Source of the DNA: a virus
Virus record (IMG/VR): IMGVR_UViG_3300045988_077264
Span: 1 to 61,417 of that record
DNA length: 61,417 nt
Direction: 5' to 3' (one strand)
The notes under the pieces were generated by a model. It made no database searches. It saw nothing but the letters and a program-made list of their open reading frames with translations, and was not told the DNA's origin. Within the stretch, counting starts at the first letter, position 1. Every line of letters starts with the position of its first letter. Of this stretch, positions 28,382 through 38,500 are shown piece by piece. A program made the position numbers and the translations under genes.

Positions 28382-28843
28382 TTATTCTTCCTCCTTCTCT
28401 TCTGTCTTTGCGACCTCTTCCACCTGTGATTTCAGATTTTTCAACAATGGTAGTAAAAACGGTGGAACCGGTGCACCTATATCCTTGATATTCTCCAGAA
28501 TACTGATGATTTCATTGCATATAATCCATATGGCTACCACGCACGCTATGAGAAATGTAATCGGCATTGTGATTCCAATTGTAGCAGCTGCATATTTCAG
28601 TAACTGGTCAACAATTGCTCCAACCACCACCAGAAGCCACATGGAAATCTTCTTTGCAATTCCCCGGAATCCCTTGTATGAATCCACCGGCTGGTTACGA
28701 TACTTTGATGCGAAGATACCTGTCGCATAGTCAATAATGTTGCAGGCAACCATAAGTAATACCGGTACATAAAGTATACCGAGCAGGGATGATAAGAACC
28801 CCGTTACTGCTGTTATGATTGCTTTGATTGTGTTGCTGTTCAT
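28382..28843 (-). CDS. Holin (phage_holin_4_1 / TcdE-like)
   Basis: CNIIDYATGI...GFRGIAKKISMW...VGAIVDQ with 3-4 TM segments. Abuts the lysin gene. Confidence 0.8.
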   Translation of the reverse strand: MNSNTIKAIITAVTGFLSSLLGILYVPVLLMVACNIIDYATGIFASKYRNQPVDSYKGFRGIAKKISMWLLVVVGAIVDQLLKYAAATIGITMPITFLIACVVAIWIICNEIISILENIKDIGAPVPPFLLPLLKNLKSQVEEVAKTEEKEEE

Positions 28844-28893
28844 TTTCTTTTCCTCCTTAAATTTTTTATAAAAAAAGAAACGTATCAGCTACG

Positions 28894-30216
28894 CTATGCG
28901 TGCTTCAACGCTTCAATTTCTTCCTGTTGTATCTGCACCATCTTAATAAGGTATGGAACCAATTTTGAATAATCAATTGCAAGTACCTTATTCTTAATTC
29001 CTTTACTTGCATCGAACTCTTCTTCTGAATATCCATCAGGAACAGTAACACAGGATGGGATAATATTCAGAACATCCTCTGCAATTAGTCCTCTCTGATT
29101 CTTCTCTCCGCCAAATTCCTTAATATAATCAAAATCTACCGGATTAAGTAATAATATCTTTTTTGCTTCCTCTTCCGACATATTAATAATATTTTCCTTT
29201 ACCAGTCTTGAGGAAGGATTCGTGAAGGATGCACCAAAAACAGGAATGTAAGTATTACCAGCAAGGCTAGTACACTGAACATTATAAGGACTTCTTAATA
29301 TGCAAGAATCATTATGTGCACTGAATTCCCCCACCGCAGTAATTACTACCTCATGATTTTGATATCCTTGAAACATGAAACTATTATTTACCGCATTCAA
29401 AAAGCACAATGCATCGCCACCATCAATTATTCTTGTTGTATAGTCCTTTGAGGACTTATTATGATGAAAGTCTATAAATGGTGTAACTGCGCTAATTTCT
29501 AATGATGCCGGATTCAAAGATTGCTCTGCATGGTTATGACTAGCCGGTGTATAACTACTTGGTTTACCCGTCACTTTACTCCACGCTACTGCATTTGCAC
29601 TTCCGGCACTGGTCGCATACTTGACACTCTGCGAACTTATATTTGATGCTGTGATTGCAGTAGATGCATCCTGCTTCTTGTTTACATTCGTGTTTAGTGT
29701 GTTGATCTGATTAGCCATTGTGCCAGATATAGAGGCATTTTTTTCCGTTGCCGGCAATGCCAATCCGGTACTGTCTGTGACTGCGGATGAATCACTTAAT
29801 TTAACATGACCTGTTGCACTTGTTGATGCTTTTACATTAATGTGGCTTATTAGTTCACTCACAGCCTTTGCAATTTTTCCAAAGAATGTATTTCTGGATT
29901 CTCCACTTTCAAGTTCCGTTAGATTCTCCTGTGGTGTAAAATCTGTTCTAAGAATCATTTTAGCATCTGAATCTACTCCAATATCATCACTGGCTTTTAC
30001 TACTCCTTCGGTACCTTCTGTCGCTACTGGAACAGATGTGCCACCTCTTGCAAGCAATATCCAATACTCACTGCCTTCTTCCGGTGCATTACCGGTTGTT
30101 GTCTTAAGCGCAGCATAGGCGTTTCCGTTATATACAACAGTATCGAGATATTCATATGTAACCGCACTGCTGTAATCCCCTTTTGGAGTAAACGCTATCT
30201 TTCCCGCATCATTCAT
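28894..30216 (-). CDS. Tail fibre protein with C-terminal intramolecular chaperone (peptidase S74-like)
   Basis: The C-terminal NPVDFDYIKEFGG...RGLIAEDV...LVPYLIKMVQ pattern, and its position before the lysis cassette. Confidence 0.65.
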   Translation of the reverse strand: MNDAGKIAFTPKGDYSSAVTYEYLDTVVYNGNAYAALKTTTGNAPEEGSEYWILLARGGTSVPVATEGTEGVVKASDDIGVDSDAKMILRTDFTPQENLTELESGESRNTFFGKIAKAVSELISHINVKASTSATGHVKLSDSSAVTDSTGLALPATEKNASISGTMANQINTLNTNVNKKQDASTAITASNISSQSVKYATSAGSANAVAWSKVTGKPSSYTPASHNHAEQSLNPASLEISAVTPFIDFHHNKSSKDYTTRIIDGGDALCFLNAVNNSFMFQGYQNHEVVITAVGEFSAHNDSCILRSPYNVQCTSLAGNTYIPVFGASFTNPSSRLVKENIINMSEEEAKKILLLNPVDFDYIKEFGGEKNQRGLIAEDVLNIIPSCVTVPDGYSEEEFDASKGIKNKVLAIDYSKLVPYLIKMVQIQQEEIEALKHA

Positions 30217-30894
30217 TTAGACTGCCACCTCCCATAATAAGTGTCCTGTTGTGTTCTGTACTGCAAAATTGAACCGACCACCCTCATATTTGAGGTGCCC
30301 GGTTGTAAAATCAATCGTAAATTGTGGAACATTCTGTGATAAGGCTTCATTTATCCTGTTTATAGCTTCATCCCCTGCTGCTTCTGCCTGCTCTGCATAA
30401 GATTGTGCTGTCTGGCTACTTGCCTGTGACTGCTCGCTATAATATTTACTGTTATCAGTATCTTCACCGGTTCGTGTACCAGTCCCACCGACTGCATAGC
30501 TTTTAGATAATGCAGCATTATTTACTGCTGTTGTTGCCGAAGAACCGGCAATATTGGCATTCTCGATAATCTGTGGTAAATAGGTATTTACTATATCATC
30601 ATGTATCTTAACAATGGTATCTGTATTCTTCTGTGTTGTGTCAGCTAATTTATCTATCCGTTCAAGAATTGAATTGAATTCAGTTACATATTCATCTCGA
30701 ATATCCTTAGTAGCATCTCTGATCTGTGCTTTAAAATCTTCATATGTCCCCATACGTTTTACGACGCCGGCTGCAAAGCACATCCATACAATCTGATTAC
30801 TTGTATCACTGTCGATAGATACTGCCCATTCTCCCGGCAACATCTTTGTTGGGTCGAAATCTGCCTTTAACCCTTTTCTCATCTGAATTGCCAT
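30217..30894 (-). CDS. Tail fibre-associated / structural protein
   Basis: 225-aa ORF abutting the fibre gene. Called by position. Confidence 0.45.
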   Translation of the reverse strand: MAIQMRKGLKADFDPTKMLPGEWAVSIDSDTSNQIVWMCFAAGVVKRMGTYEDFKAQIRDATKDIRDEYVTEFNSILERIDKLADTTQKNTDTIVKIHDDIVNTYLPQIIENANIAGSSATTAVNNAALSKSYAVGGTGTRTGEDTDNSKYYSEQSQASSQTAQSYAEQAEAAGDEAINRINEALSQNVPQFTIDFTTGHLKYEGGRFNFAVQNTTGHLLWEVAV

Positions 30895-30906
30895 ATTGAA
30901 TCACCT

Positions 30907-31101
30907 CTATTCATCAATAACAATCTGACCATACTGCTCAAGTGTTGAAACTGCAGCAAGCACGTTTTCATCTGTGATAATTCGATTCATTTTAACATTG
31001 GAATTAATTACCTTGCCGGTATCACTGATTTCATCAAATGTAATGGCAATTCTTTTCATGTTCCCATCCGATGCTACTGCAAATCCTTTAATATTTTTCA
31101 T
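30907..31101 (-). CDS. Small structural-module protein
   Basis: 64-aa ORF, 4-nt overlap with the upstream gene. Confidence 0.4.
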   Translation of the reverse strand: MKNIKGFAVASDGNMKRIAITFDEISDTGKVINSNVKMNRIITDENVLAAVSTLEQYGQIVIDE

Positions 31102-33497
31102 GATACTTCCTCACTTTCCACATCATATAACAATGATGTTAAATAATTATAGGTTTCTGCTGCACTATCCTCGTTATCTGCATCATCAGGAAATGCCGAG
31201 GACTCTTCCAAACGCATAGTGTCATACTCCCTTTGAATAGCCTTTAATTCCCATCCAAACTTCATATTCGGAGTTCCACTTACAACAAAATATGACGGTG
31301 TTCTTTCACTTACATAAATACTCCCATCACCGTATTTCTGCAAAAACACCTGAAACTGAACTTCTGTATCTATTGTTTCTGCAAATACATCGTCGATATA
31401 AACATAGCATTTACCGGTTTCATCTATGGTTCCCTCTCCTATATCACCAAACATAGGAGAGGGTGTTTCATAACAATATAGAAGTCGGTCTTTATAATTT
31501 TCTGTATTAACCACTCTGGATTTTGTGCCTGATACTATCAAATTTGTTTTTATACTTGCATCTCCATCCACCAATAATGAATAGTTGTGCATTACCGGAG
31601 TATCTGACTTGCCAATATAAAGCGAATCAAATTGAGAACCGCTAGTAGTGATATTAATACATTTTCCTGTTCCGTTTGTCATTTTAATTAAATCTGCCGC
31701 TAAATTCACGCTTCCATATGTTTTTCCATTATATGTCCGTACCAAATTAAGTTTTGAGTCATATTGAATATCCGAACTTAAGGTAATATCTCCACCTGAT
31801 ATAGATGCAGATTTTGAAGTTAAATTTCCATTGGAATCTACACTAAATACTCCTCCACCAATGTTGAAATTCCCAGATTTAATTGTAACAGCCCCTTCTT
31901 TATCTACAACAAATACACCATTACCAATATTTATACTTACACCAGTTATTTCTCCGGCATTTATCCAATCCGCATTAATCCCGATAGCATTCAGAACATT
32001 TACAACTGCATTACCAGATGAATCAATACCAGCATTCCATGTCTTACCGCCGTCTGTGGATACTGCCAAAGCATCTGCTGTCATTTTCCATATAGTAGAA
32101 CTGGTCGCACGCTCCGGCTTATTATGCATATAGTAAACAATGCTGCCATCTTCTAATATTTCCTCTGATTTGAATACACCAAATGACTGTGTCATCAGAT
32201 TGGTAAGCTGCTGCACTGCTAAATCGTAAGAAGATAACTGCTTTTTACTCTCATTTCTGACTTTTACAATTGCCTTGGTGAACTGCGTAAATTGTGTTGT
32301 TTTATTTCGCGCCGGTGTTTCAGAATCACAGGATATATTTAGGCTACCACCAAGAGTAAATGTCCGAGTGGATATAAATGCCTGATAAGTATTCTGCTTT
32401 CTATCAGTAACATAAGCCACATCCCCTGCTTCTACAGCCGGATTGCCAAGTGTTGATACTGTCAACGGTCTGAATCTCATTCCACCAATACGCTTGTATA
32501 AATACGTTGCTACTGTCTTAGCTGTTCCCTCTTGAATCAAATCATTGCCGGATATTTCAATTACATACCCTTCTTTACCGGCAAGATACGTTGCTTTCTT
32601 CTGCGTGTCTGTTTTATCGAATACTTCTGTTACCTTTACACCGGTAATTACTACATCATCTGTGCATACATCAAAAGATTTTGTTGAAAATATATGATGA
32701 TATGTCTTCTGGTCGGTAAATGTACCGCCATCAATGTTATCTCCACTGGAATAATCCTTGAAATTACCACCATCCGCATCATCCCCATCGGAATACGGCT
32801 TTGTTGTTGTCTGGAAAGTTCCACCATCCAACGCAGAGTTGATTTCAAATGCTGACATATTATACCAATCAAGTTTTAATCTTCCGTAGGCATCCATTTT
32901 CGCCCAGCAACCGGATATTTGCGCAGCCATGGCAACAATATCACCAAATGTCATTGCTTTATCATCCGGTCGATTCTTTACCGTATATTTTCCATTTGGA
33001 ATATTTGCACTCAACATGGAAATTCCACAATTGCTACACGCATCTGCCAATATAGCAGAAATAGTTGCCGGATAGCTTAATGTACTGTTAGAGTATGCTT
33101 TATCAAACTTACTCATATAATCAATACAAGATAATGTGATTGTTGAGCCATCATAGCTAGGCTCATCAACTATGTATGTTCCGACCCGGATTTTTTCAAT
33201 GGTGTTTGATAGCTGTAACCCAACATAAGCAATTACTGTTGCATCGGCAAAATCATAATCACTGAAATCATCATAAATATTATTTAGCGTAACTTTCAGC
33301 TTTCCAGTGACTGCTGCACCAATAGTAAATTTATTTTGACTGGATGTAGCATCTTCAATCTTAAAGGTATTTTCCCATACCTTTTCCTTTGTAATATGCA
33401 ATACTTTTCCACTAAGAAGCGTTATATCCAAAAAAGGTAGAAAGTTCCGGTTGTCATTATACATTTCCTGCTTAAATTCAGTTGATAAATCTAACAT
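31098..33497 (-). CDS. Tail tip / tail-associated (Tal-like) minor structural protein
   Basis: 799 aa. Positioned after the Dit-like gene in the tail module. Confidence 0.65.
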   Translation of the reverse strand: MLDLSTEFKQEMYNDNRNFLPFLDITLLSGKVLHITKEKVWENTFKIEDATSSQNKFTIGAAVTGKLKVTLNNIYDDFSDYDFADATVIAYVGLQLSNTIEKIRVGTYIVDEPSYDGSTITLSCIDYMSKFDKAYSNSTLSYPATISAILADACSNCGISMLSANIPNGKYTVKNRPDDKAMTFGDIVAMAAQISGCWAKMDAYGRLKLDWYNMSAFEINSALDGGTFQTTTKPYSDGDDADGGNFKDYSSGDNIDGGTFTDQKTYHHIFSTKSFDVCTDDVVITGVKVTEVFDKTDTQKKATYLAGKEGYVIEISGNDLIQEGTAKTVATYLYKRIGGMRFRPLTVSTLGNPAVEAGDVAYVTDRKQNTYQAFISTRTFTLGGSLNISCDSETPARNKTTQFTQFTKAIVKVRNESKKQLSSYDLAVQQLTNLMTQSFGVFKSEEILEDGSIVYYMHNKPERATSSTIWKMTADALAVSTDGGKTWNAGIDSSGNAVVNVLNAIGINADWINAGEITGVSINIGNGVFVVDKEGAVTIKSGNFNIGGGVFSVDSNGNLTSKSASISGGDITLSSDIQYDSKLNLVRTYNGKTYGSVNLAADLIKMTNGTGKCINITTSGSQFDSLYIGKSDTPVMHNYSLLVDGDASIKTNLIVSGTKSRVVNTENYKDRLLYCYETPSPMFGDIGEGTIDETGKCYVYIDDVFAETIDTEVQFQVFLQKYGDGSIYVSERTPSYFVVSGTPNMKFGWELKAIQREYDTMRLEESSAFPDDADNEDSAAETYNYLTSLLYDVESEEVS

Positions 33498-33512
33498 CGT
33501 ACCCCTGCCTTT

Positions 33513-33869
33513 CTATCTCTCAATTATATTAAAACTGATTTGAGAATAAATTTTCTTATTAATCGTCCACATTTTCATAGGTGCAGTTCTATCACCCACA
33601 TAAAATGTTCTTGTCTCATCTTTGCCACTCATTGCATCCGGATAAGTCACATCTACATATTCCGGATTAAATGCCTGTAATATAGCAGCCGTATCCTCTT
33701 TCGTTGCATTATCCCAAGTTAGCGAAATCTTACGTTTTTGCCCAACTCTATTCTTATGCATTATGGTATCCTGCGTTCTTCCGGAATCTGAATCTGATAT
33801 ATCCTGCAGTCCCCAGCTAAAAGATGTTGGCGTTTTAATAACCACACCATTTACCCATATCATTGCCAT
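33513..33869 (-). CDS. Small distal-tail-like protein
   Basis: 118-aa ORF directly upstream of the Tal-like gene. Called by position only. Confidence 0.4.
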   Translation of the reverse strand: MAMIWVNGVVIKTPTSFSWGLQDISDSDSGRTQDTIMHKNRVGQKRKISLTWDNATKEDTAAILQAFNPEYVDVTYPDAMSGKDETRTFYVGDRTAPMKMWTINKKIYSQISFNIIER

Positions 33870-33977
33870 ATATTGTCCACCTACCTACAATTCTTTTAGG
33901 TTTACGACTATTTCAAACAATAGCCGGTAAATTCTATATATGTGAAAAGCACTCACCAAGGGTAAGTGCTCTATTTT

Positions 33978-34691
33978 CTAAATTTCATATTCTGGATATA
34001 CTGCTTCCCACACATCTCTATGATATGTATTGACTTCGCCATAATTTGCATCGAAAATCTTCTTTACACCATATCCAAGTTCAATGCTCTTTTCTTTAAG
34101 CCTGCGCCATTTAAACTTTTTCCACTCCACGCCATTCATTGCAGCAACACGTTTAATCGAATACCAGTCCTTGCTATAATCAAGTTCTTCCTGTAATCGT
34201 TCCTTTTCTTCTTCTGCCGCAATCCTTGCTGCCCTTTCTGACTTTAGTCTGGTTAATAATTCAATTCCAAAATCCGGATTATTTAAAATATTATCAATGA
34301 CATTGTCTGTTGCATATATTCCATGTTTGCGAATGCTTGGAATAACTTCCATCGCAAGCCAGTTCTGAAACTTGTCCGCTGCCTTGTTACTTGCTTTCAT
34401 TCCAAGGCGGTAGAAAAGCGATTCTGGTATATAATCATCTTTCCCCCACTCGTGGGCGAAACCAAATTCTGTGCTAAATCCATTCATTCTTTCCCATCTG
34501 ATTGAAGTATACTCTTTACCATTCTTATTTTCTGTTTTTGTCCATCCAAATCCTCTAGCAGTATCTTCAGCATTAATGGAAATACTGCCGTCCTCGTTTA
34601 ACATTGTTCGTGCTGAAAAGCCAAGTTCTTTGTTACTAAATAATTTAATTTCATTTTTTCTCATATACAGAAACCTTTCAAATTCATTCAA
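33978..34691 (-). CDS. Bro-N / KilAC-type antirepressor-like protein
   Basis: FSNKELGFSARTMLNEDGSISINAEDTARGFGW (Bro-N-like) and ...FQNWLAMEVIPSIRKHG (KilAC-like). Confidence 0.7.
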   Translation of the reverse strand: MNEFERFLYMRKNEIKLFSNKELGFSARTMLNEDGSISINAEDTARGFGWTKTENKNGKEYTSIRWERMNGFSTEFGFAHEWGKDDYIPESLFYRLGMKASNKAADKFQNWLAMEVIPSIRKHGIYATDNVIDNILNNPDFGIELLTRLKSERAARIAAEEEKERLQEELDYSKDWYSIKRVAAMNGVEWKKFKWRRLKEKSIELGYGVKKIFDANYGEVNTYHRDVWEAVYPEYEI

Positions 34692-34738
34692 ATATAGTCA
34701 TCCGGCGTACACTCAACATCATAATATCTTTAGATAAA

Positions 34739-34796
34739 CAAAAAGCCGCCCTATGTTTGATGTTACCTGCTACGGACTTAATCAAACTAGGACGGC
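34739..34796 (-). terminator. Long hairpin terminator
   Basis: GCCGCCCTATGTTTGAT ... ATCAAACTAGGACGGC forms a stem of about 16 bp, followed by TTTTTGTTT on the minus strand. Confidence 0.6.
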
Positions 34797-34943
34797 ATAT
34801 AACCGTACTTTTCTGGTTTTGCACTTTATTTCCAGACCTCACTAATTCAAGCTGATATTTATTTTTTTATTATAATAATTTGTTTTATTGAAAATGTCAA
34901 TACAAAAGGCACCCGTTAGGATGCCTCTTGCGTTACTCTCTCG

Positions 34944-35198
34944 TCACTCTATATTCTTGGTCTCTTCTCTCGCTCTTCTTCTAAGTATATCTATCGAAAT
35001 GTTTGCAAAAACAATTTCAAAGATAATTAATACACCCAGCACTAAAAACATCGATGTATAAAGTCTTTCTAGTGGATATCCTGAATACTCAACAACTTTG
35101 TATATCTCTATGCCAACAAATCTACACTGGAATAATAGTGCGATGGAAACTATAGCCCATAAAAACATTAAAATATTTTCTTTTGTTCTTTTTTTCAT
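34944..35198 (-). CDS. Small membrane protein (moron)
   Basis: MKKRTKENILMFLWAIVSIALLF... with two TM segments. ATG at 35198 follows GGGAGGAAAAT. Confidence 0.5.
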   Translation of the reverse strand: MKKRTKENILMFLWAIVSIALLFQCRFVGIEIYKVVEYSGYPLERLYTSMFLVLGVLIIFEIVFANISIDILRRRAREETKNIE

Positions 35199-35239
35199 AT
35201 TTTCCTCCCATAATGTGATAGAACAATAAAATATCGACT

Positions 35240-35500
35240 TTACCACGCACTTGCAGAAATATTCTGTCCATCGTATCCAGTAACCTTATTATCTGAAAAA
35301 GTTACTTCTATCCGGCGTTCTATTGTTCCCCCTCGTAAAGCCCCTTTGAATTCAGAATTTAACCAAACAAGGATTTCTTCACCATCTTTTACTTTTTGTC
35401 CATTAGGTTTCCCTAATAAATCCAAAACCTTTTCCTTCGGCATTCCAATTTCCAACTTTGAATATCCATCAATAAATTTGTTTGCTCTAAAAAAACCCAT
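35240..35500 (-). CDS. Small BamE/SmpA-like protein (moron)
   Basis: GMPKEKVLDLLGKPN motif. ATG at 35500 follows GGGAGGTATAAA. Confidence 0.45.
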   Translation of the reverse strand: MGFFRANKFIDGYSKLEIGMPKEKVLDLLGKPNGQKVKDGEEILVWLNSEFKGALRGGTIERRIEVTFSDNKVTGYDGQNISASAW

Positions 35501-35566
35501 TTTATACCTCCCATAATGTGATAGAAAAATCATATCACACTATAGGAGCATTTTCAACTATAGTAT

Positions 35567-38500
35567 TTACCCCATATCTTCTACAATATGGTATCTTCGA
35601 TTGTAACTCTCTTTGCCCTTTTTCACCATCTTATAAAGTGTTTCATTATCTGCTTTCAGTGTAACCTCAACAGTAGGAGCATTCTTTTCACCAGTGCTGC
35701 TATTGGAATTAGCCATCATTGCTTCAAAAACCGCTTCGGTAATAGCCGGTTTCATCTCTTCCATAAATCCTTGCATTATAGCATCTGTACTTACCGTATT
35801 TCTTGGTGCGGTAATGCTCGCCATAGCAACTTTCTCCCTGGCAACAAATTTTCTGGCAGATACCGGCTCCATTGTAACCGGCTCTACCATATTGGATAAA
35901 GCACTTTTCACATCACCAACTTTGTTATTCAATCCAATTAAATATCCCTCAGTTGTATAATTACCAAGTGCTTTCATTACCTTTGATGGGCTATGTATAT
36001 CCAATTTACTTCTTGTTGTTTCCACTATTGTATTGGCAATCTTTGAAGTAGTCTCTCCAAGAGATTTCAATCTAAGATTCATACCATTACTAATGCCATC
36101 AACAATATTTTTTCCTATATTTTCTATATCACTACTTGCTGGTGCAATATTATCTGTAATAGTTGTTCTAAAACTGGTTAAAGTATCAACAGTTGTTCCA
36201 GTATTGTTACTGATTCCAGCATTAAATGTTTCAACCGTATTTCTCGCACTGTTTGATGCATCATCCGTAACGCTACTATCTGTTAGAACATTTCCTGCAT
36301 CTCCCATCCAATTATCAAGCGTCTCAAGTGATGCTCCTTTTGATTCTTCAACACCATTATTAAACTCGTCTACTGTTGCTGATGCAACATTTTTTGCAGT
36401 ATCAGTTACGCTAGGTTTTGCACTTTCTAAAGCATTATTGACAATTTCTTCATAATTATCTTTCAATGAATAAGTAAGATCTGAAGTTGTCATTGCTTCC
36501 CAATCAAACAGATTGTTTAGTAAATCTTCTCCAACATCTTTGCTCCACCCAGCACCGTCCACTCCAAGCTCGTCCATTCGTGCTTCAATTGCATCAGATA
36601 ATTCATCGATATTACCAACCTGTTTTTCAACAGCTTCTCTAATGAATTCATCTTCATCATTTCCCGCCAACCACTTTTCCCAAAAATTCATGTCTTCCCA
36701 TTTAGATTTAGCATCTGTTATAACTCCACTGATTTTATCAATAAAGTCTGTCTGAAACAGATCTGTTACCTGGGTCATCTGCTCACGGGATTTATCCTTC
36801 ATATTCTGAATTGCATTCGGCAAATCATCCAATGCTTTCTGAGCAACTTCTTTCTGTTCCGGTGTTGCATTTGGACTATTTAACAGTTCCGTCCAATATG
36901 CCGAAATGTCTTTCTGTGCTTCTTCCAAATTGGAATCATAATTGTCAACAGCAGTTTTCATATCATCCAGATAGCCATTAAGAACATCCATGTCTACTTC
37001 TTTACCATCTGGGAATAACTTATCGTAATCTATTCCTTTTACAATATTATTAATATCTACGGAATAATCACTCGCTGCCTTTGAGAATCCATCCAAATCA
37101 GAACTTAAAGAATACAGTTCAGAAGAAAGTTCTTTCCATTTATCAGAGCCTACTTCTACCTGATTCATTTCCTGTACAATTTCCTTTGCACGCTCTGTAT
37201 TTGTGAATCCATAAGTTATCATTGCATCAATAGCAGCATCTGTATCCGCACCTATATTTTCTAAGGCATCATGTAATGCACCACCTTCACCATATGCTGC
37301 AATTACTGTCTGCTCCATTGTGGCAAATTTCTGCTCTGTCAATGTTGCCAGTTCTCCGAAAAGCTCTGCTAATTTCTCTTTTCCTTCTTCCACTGACAGT
37401 ACACCATTATCCATTGCTGTTTTGATTCGTGTTATCTCAATCCAAGTATCTTGAATATTTTTCTGTACATTATCCATTTCGTTGGATTTTTCAGATAAAG
37501 TTGAGAATCCTTTACCGGCTTCTTCAATAGAATCTGTGAAATTACTTACAACTGTATCTATAGGTACTCCACCTGGATTGGAAAAAGCATCATAAATAGC
37601 TTCTCCGACCTTTTCATCTACAATTTCATCCATTGCATCTTTTATTCCGGCTATTGCACCAACCAGACCAGCTATAGCAGCAACTGCTATTCCTGCCGGA
37701 CCAAATGCAACATACAATGCACCTGCTGCCAATCCTGCTGCCACAGTTACTTTTCCAATGGATTCCGCCATGTTATCAGTCTGCAGAGCAATATCTCGGA
37801 AAGATTCCTTAAAAACTGTAATTTCTCCAAATACTGCTGCAACACCAATTGCTCCTTTTTGCAGGGTTGTAAGATTGTTTCTTACACCTGCAATTGACGT
37901 TTTGAGACTTCCCCAGAAGTTACCACCAGTAGCACTGGTTTTAAGCCTTGAAAATCCGGCACTAACCTTTGTAAGCAAAGATGCTGTTTTTGGATATTCA
38001 CTTTCCAATTTCATCATAGAAGAACAGTTTCCCTTTAATGCAGAACCTGCCAAATCTACTGCCTTTGAAAATGAATTGAATTTCTTTGCAGCATTTGCAA
38101 TTCCAGAAAATACATTTGTTCCAAACATATTCTTGGTTAATTTATTTAGGCTGACCAGTGATACAATTGTTGTCTCAATCGGTGCTGCACTAAATGTCGT
38201 TGCAAAAGTCTTAATTCCTGCATTTATTGCTTTCCAAAGTGCCTTACCAACCTTGACTCCGATTTCAAGCAAATTCAAATTATCAAGGAATTTTCCAATC
38301 TGCCGTCCAATCATTTCCCAGTTGGTTGTATCAATAGCTGCAATAACCGCATCCAGTATTCCATTTGCCCATACATTAATGGTACGTCCAAGTGAAGCGA
38401 AATCATATGTTCTGAAGAATTCGTTCAAACCAGTTCCAATAGATTTTCCCAAATCCTTGAAATCGAATGTATTTCCAAATGCCAATGCATTATAAATTGC

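Noticed and set aside
31141-31200. Minus-strand CCUGAUGA...GAAAC inside the tail-tip gene.
   Set aside because: It lies inside a well-supported coding region. Only a 3-bp stem II is possible and there is no stem III/cleavage triplet, so it is most likely chance.
37758-38495. Long antisense ORFs inside large genes (37758-38495 in the tape measure gene, 20967-21836 in the SbcC-like gene, 11348-11995 in dnaB, 3358-3720).
   Set aside because: These are shadow ORFs of biased-composition genes. Their products are low-complexity and they lack start signals. Only the last 74 codons of 3358-3945 have an RBS.
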